Part shown: piece after piece, positions 60,467 to 64,000 of the stretch
Numbering within the stretch: position 1 is the stretch's first letter
Layout: the number at the start of each line of letters is the position of its first letter
Assembly (NCBI GenBank): GCA_963675785.1
Contig: OY776562.1
Span: forward strand, 2,368,001 to 2,432,000
Source: Anaerolineae bacterium
Lineage (GTDB): Bacteria; Chloroflexota; Anaerolineae; UBA1429
Direction of reading: 5' to 3'
DNA length: 64,000 nt
Translations under genes and position numbers: made by a program
The notes under the pieces: generated by a model
Seen by the model: the letters and a program-made list of their open reading frames with translations, nothing else
The model's database searches: none
What the model was told of the DNA's origin: nothing

Positions 60467-63292
60467 ATGAGAGAGCGACTTTTGATGAACCGCAATTGGT
60501 TGTTCTATTTCGGCGAACCTGATTACAAGAGACCCAAGCCCACCTCTTCGGATCAGACCTACCACGGCAGTCGTGCCGAAAACGCCAGAGGCCCGGCAAG
60601 GCGCGATTTTACTGACAGTGACTGGAAAACTGTCACCCTTCCCCACGATTTCGTCAACGAGAATGGCCCCTCCCCGGATTGTTTGCCTGGCGAAAAACAC
60701 GGCTATCCCCTGGATAGAGGTTCCGCCTGGTACAGACGCTATTTCCGCCTGGAAGAAACAGACAGAGGCAAGAGGATTACACTGCTCTTTGATGGCGTAG
60801 CGACCCGTTGTGAAGTCTATGTCAACTCGATGTTCTTTAAACTCAACCGAACAGCGGGCATCGGCTTTGAAGTCGACATTACGGATGCCGCCCGCTTTGG
60901 CACGGATTACAACCTCGTTTCCGTCCATGTGGATTGTCATGATTACGAGGCCTGGTATTATGAAGGCGGCGGCATCTACAGAAACGTCTGGCTCATCAAA
61001 ACCGATCCGCTCGCCGTCGACCTTTGGGGAACCTTTGTGCGTTCAAAGCAGCTCGACGGCAACCAGTGGCAACTAGGTGTCGAGACAAAAGTTCGCAACG
61101 ACTATTACTCGGACAAGACTGCCAAAGTCATCTCCAGGATAGTCGATCCCTCTGGAGAGACCGTCGCCGAGCTCGTCTGTGATACCGAGAACTTTTTCGC
61201 TCAGGCAGTCACAACCGTATATCAGAATGTGCTATTGAGCGATCCCGCCCTCTGGAGCCCAGAGATCTGCAATCTCTACACGCTCTATACCGAGATCGTG
61301 CTCGACGGGGAAACTGTAGACGATTATCAGACTACCTTTGGCATCCGTGAGTTGAGATTCGATCCCGATCACGGCATGTTCCTCAATGGCAAAAAGACCG
61401 TCATTTACGGCTTTGCCAACCACCAGATACAGGTTGGCGTGGGCAATGCCATGAGCGACTCGATGCGCGAGTTTCAGCTTCGTACCATCCACGATATAGG
61501 CGGCAACGGCTTTCGCACAGCGCACAGCCCCCACGGCCCCGCTACATACGACTATTGCGACCGCTATGGCTTGATGGTGATGGATGAGAACCGCATCTTT
61601 CAACCTTCGGATACCGTCAAGGATGAGGTTCGGCGTTTGATCAAGCGTGACAGAAATCACCCTTCCGTAATCATGTGGTCGCTTTACAATGAAGAGGACA
61701 CCGTAACCCACGAAACCGGCAAGCGTATCTACCGTCGTCTGGCTTGCACGGCAAGAGAACTCGATCCGACCCGACCCATATCTGGTGCAACCTCTTATGG
61801 GATGTTCTCTGAGGGTGCAGATGAGGATTACGATCTGTTGGGCATCAATCACCAGACGATGAATTTCCCCGCTTTGCATCATGCCAAACCCGACAAGCCG
61901 CTCTACTCCTCCGAGATGGTCATTCCATTGGGAAAAGCCCGCAGTTTTCTGGGGTCGGATATAGTCCCTGGACAAGATGCGCATTCCACCGAGCTGGAAT
62001 ACGCCATAGGCGGTTATCATTTCACCGCCTGGGCCTTTGGCAGTGATAGGGGTAGGATATTCGCCTGCGACGGCACCCCAAGAACGATTGCCCACGGCTT
62101 TAGGGCCTATCTCAAACAAGACGAACCCTTTGTCAAGATATGCCCTGGCTGGAATCACCCCGAGAAAGAGGGGCAAAAGGTTGAGCTCAACATCGCCAAC
62201 AATGGTGATTATGTCGAGTTATTTGTGAACGGTACAAGTAGGGGAACGGTCAAAACGGATCTTTATACGATTACCCCTTTCACCACCCTCTACGAGCCTG
62301 GCGAAATCCAAGCTATCGCCTACAAGGATGGCAAACGATGGGCTGAGGACACGGCGCGTACATCAGGAGAGCCTGTGGCAATCAAACTCGTCATGGAGAA
62401 CCCCTCTCTGAAAGACGACAACGATGATGTGGCTATTATCTCCGCCTATCTCGTAGACGATGGCGGCAATTGGTGTGACACAGAAACCGGCTATCCCGTG
62501 CATTGGGACTGCAACTGCGCCGGCGAGTACGTGAGCTCTGTCTCCATACGAAATGACGGCTATATGGGCTGGCACGGCCCTGACACAACCTTCTTCGAGG
62601 GCAAGGTACAAGCCTTTTTCCGCTCATTGGCCGTTGATCAAGACCTCGTCATCACTGCAGAAACCGAAGGTTTGCCCAAAGCAGAGCTGGTGATACGCCG
62701 CGATAAGGTTGGTGCTATACCTGCTGTCACGGAGGTTCCCAACAATTTCATCCTCGATTGGCGAATTTCTAAACTCTATCCCTATACGATGGATGACGAG
62801 CAAGTCATGAAAGAGAGACAGATCGAACTTTGGGAGCACATTGATACCCAGGGCTCACCAGATATACTCTATGGCGCGCTGCCAGGGAGAACTGGCCCGG
62901 GCCTGTACCCCGCAGGAACGAGCATGAACTATGCCTACTATAGTTGCACCATGATTCCTGACATGGGCAATAAAGGTGGCAAAAAGCTGGCTTTGTTCTT
63001 TGAAGGACTAGATGGCATCGCCAACATCGTTGTCACCGACGGCACTAAAACAGCCCAAGGCCACCACCCTGCCAATTCACCCTGGCCGGGGCATTACCGC
63101 CCAGAGATGGTGGTCGACTGCGACCAATTCAAGCCTGGTGATCAAGTCGAGATTTGGGTGTTCATCCACGATGCCGTGAGGATTACTGGCATCGGTTGGC
63201 CAGTGCGTTGGGCATTTATGACGCAGCAAGAGATAGATGAGGTTGCGGAAAAGGAACGCCGAGAGTGGGCACTGCACACCTACAAAGGTTGA
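60467..63292 (+). CDS. GH2 glycoside hydrolase (beta-galactosidase-like), cytoplasmic
   Basis: LPHD, WYRR.F, FDGV, GGIYRNVWL, FGIR, RTAHSP, RDRNHPSVIMWSL.NE (acid/base), SE (nucleophile). Confidence 0.9.
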   Translation: MRERLLMNRNWLFYFGEPDYKRPKPTSSDQTYHGSRAENARGPARRDFTDSDWKTVTLPHDFVNENGPSPDCLPGEKHGYPLDRGSAWYRRYFRLEETDRGKRITLLFDGVATRCEVYVNSMFFKLNRTAGIGFEVDITDAARFGTDYNLVSVHVDCHDYEAWYYEGGGIYRNVWLIKTDPLAVDLWGTFVRSKQLDGNQWQLGVETKVRNDYYSDKTAKVISRIVDPSGETVAELVCDTENFFAQAVTTVYQNVLLSDPALWSPEICNLYTLYTEIVLDGETVDDYQTTFGIRELRFDPDHGMFLNGKKTVIYGFANHQIQVGVGNAMSDSMREFQLRTIHDIGGNGFRTAHSPHGPATYDYCDRYGLMVMDENRIFQPSDTVKDEVRRLIKRDRNHPSVIMWSLYNEEDTVTHETGKRIYRRLACTARELDPTRPISGATSYGMFSEGADEDYDLLGINHQTMNFPALHHAKPDKPLYSSEMVIPLGKARSFLGSDIVPGQDAHSTELEYAIGGYHFTAWAFGSDRGRIFACDGTPRTIAHGFRAYLKQDEPFVKICPGWNHPEKEGQKVELNIANNGDYVELFVNGTSRGTVKTDLYTITPFTTLYEPGEIQAIAYKDGKRWAEDTARTSGEPVAIKLVMENPSLKDDNDDVAIISAYLVDDGGNWCDTETGYPVHWDCNCAGEYVSSVSIRNDGYMGWHGPDTTFFEGKVQAFFRSLAVDQDLVITAETEGLPKAELVIRRDKVGAIPAVTEVPNNFILDWRISKLYPYTMDDEQVMKERQIELWEHIDTQGSPDILYGALPGRTGPGLYPAGTSMNYAYYSCTMIPDMGNKGGKKLALFFEGLDGIANIVVTDGTKTAQGHHPANSPWPGHYRPEMVVDCDQFKPGDQVEIWVFIHDAVRITGIGWPVRWAFMTQQEIDEVAEKERREWALHTYKG

Positions 63293-63324
63293 GCACTAAA
63301 AAGCCTATACCTGCCTAAATATAA

Positions 63325-63361
63325 AAGGGTGTATTTCTCCCAAGACGAGAAATACACCCTT
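63325..63361. terminator. Bidirectional terminator-like hairpin between GH2 and miaB
   Basis: Perfect 15-bp inverted repeat AAGGGTGTATTTCTC-7-GAGAAATACACCCTT. Confidence 0.75.
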
Positions 63362-63403
63362 AAACTATCATCTGTGAAACATCTCTAGATCACAGAACCC
63401 TGT

Positions 63404-64000
63404 CTAGTCGCCGGCAGGTGCCGAGCCAACGATCTCGCCAATGAGAGACCAAGGTCCCGTCCAAAAGATCTTGACTCGAGCCAGTTTGCCATGATAGTCG
63501 TCATCGCTCTCAAAGAACACCAGCCGGTTGGTTGTGGTGCGCCCACGCCAGCGATTGCGTGATCTGCCCTCCACCAGCACTTCAACCGTCTCGCCGAGGA
63601 ATTGAGCCGCAATCTCGGAAGCAATCTCCTCTTGCAGTGCTTCAACGGCCTTGCGCCGTGCCTCTTTGACCTCGGGCAATACATCATCCTCCCAGCGAGA
63701 GGCCGGCGTGCCCGGCCGTACCGAATACGAGGCCGCATGCACCTGATCACAGCGTACCGTGCGCAGCAGATCGAGGGTATGCTCGAACTCGGCATCGGTC
63801 TCACCGCAAAAACCCACGATGATGTCGGTGTTGATGGCACAGTCGGGCGTGGACTGGCGAATGCGCGACACCACATCCAGGAATCGCTCCGCCGTATAGC
63901 CGCGAGCCATACGACGCAGCACATCATCATCGCCAGACTGTACCGCCAGTTCCCAGGTGGGACAAACCTTGGGCAGTTGCCCCACGGTATCGATAATGCG
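63404..64000 (-). CDS. miaB: MiaB-family methylthiotransferase, C-terminal part with TRAM domain
   Basis: VQSG...L..M.RGYT, TDIIVGF.GET, YSVRPGTPA, GRT..N..V; truncated by window edge. Confidence 0.85.
   Translation of the reverse strand, partial: RIIDTVGQLPKVCPTWELAVQSGDDDVLRRMARGYTAERFLDVVSRIRQSTPDCAINTDIIVGFCGETDAEFEHTLDLLRTVRCDQVHAASYSVRPGTPASRWEDDVLPEVKEARRKAVEALQEEIASEIAAQFLGETVEVLVEGRSRNRWRGRTTTNRLVFFESDDDYHGKLARVKIFWTGPWSLIGEIVGSAPAGD

Noticed and set aside
35822-60467. N-terminal extensions in the ORF track for rpmD, rpsH, rpsZ, rpsJ, rpoB, argF, cdaR and GH2
   Set aside because: Downstream starts with better SD spacing match the family N-termini
1-64000. tRNA, rRNA, CRISPR array, transposase or integrase
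   Set aside because: None recognised; intergenic gaps are short (at most ~330 bp) and show no cloverleaf or repeat-spacer pattern by eye

Overview
A ~55% GC bacterial chromosome window whose protein sequences and gene content point to Chloroflexota, probably Anaerolineae-like (an inference). It has three parts. (1) 1-21.3 kb is a minus-strand cluster of ten membrane-glycosylation-type genes. It contains eight recognisable GT-C-like modules, including a 2349-aa protein fusing three of them (one PMT/ArnT-like 'HPDE' module plus two Chlor_Arch_YYY/DUF2298 modules) and stand-alone copies of both module types. It also has a TIGR03663-type protein fused to an NHL beta-propeller, a degenerate paralog of that protein, an ArnT-like protein, a GT4, a SAM methyltransferase, a flippase-like protein and a HAD hydrolase. 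A polyprenyl-phosphate phosphoribosyltransferase (UbiA/Rv3806c-like) lies ~5 kb away. (2) 21.3-53.7 kb holds lepA, an AI-2E permease, tlyA, a GH63-like hydrolase, ubiA-like, and the ribosomal super-operon rpoB-str-S10-spc-alpha-truA-rplM-rpsI. Its oddities are rpoB followed directly by rpsL with no rpoC, no infA, a str-operon EF-G with a degenerate domain IV tip, and an L16 with a long acidic tail. (3) 54-64 kb holds a Zn-ribbon/cold-shock fusion, a membrane protein, a methyltransferase, argF, cdaA-cdaR-der, a GH2 gene flanked by related hairpins, and partial miaB. No rRNA, tRNA, CRISPR array or transposase was recognised. All family calls come from motif recognition by eye; no searches were run.
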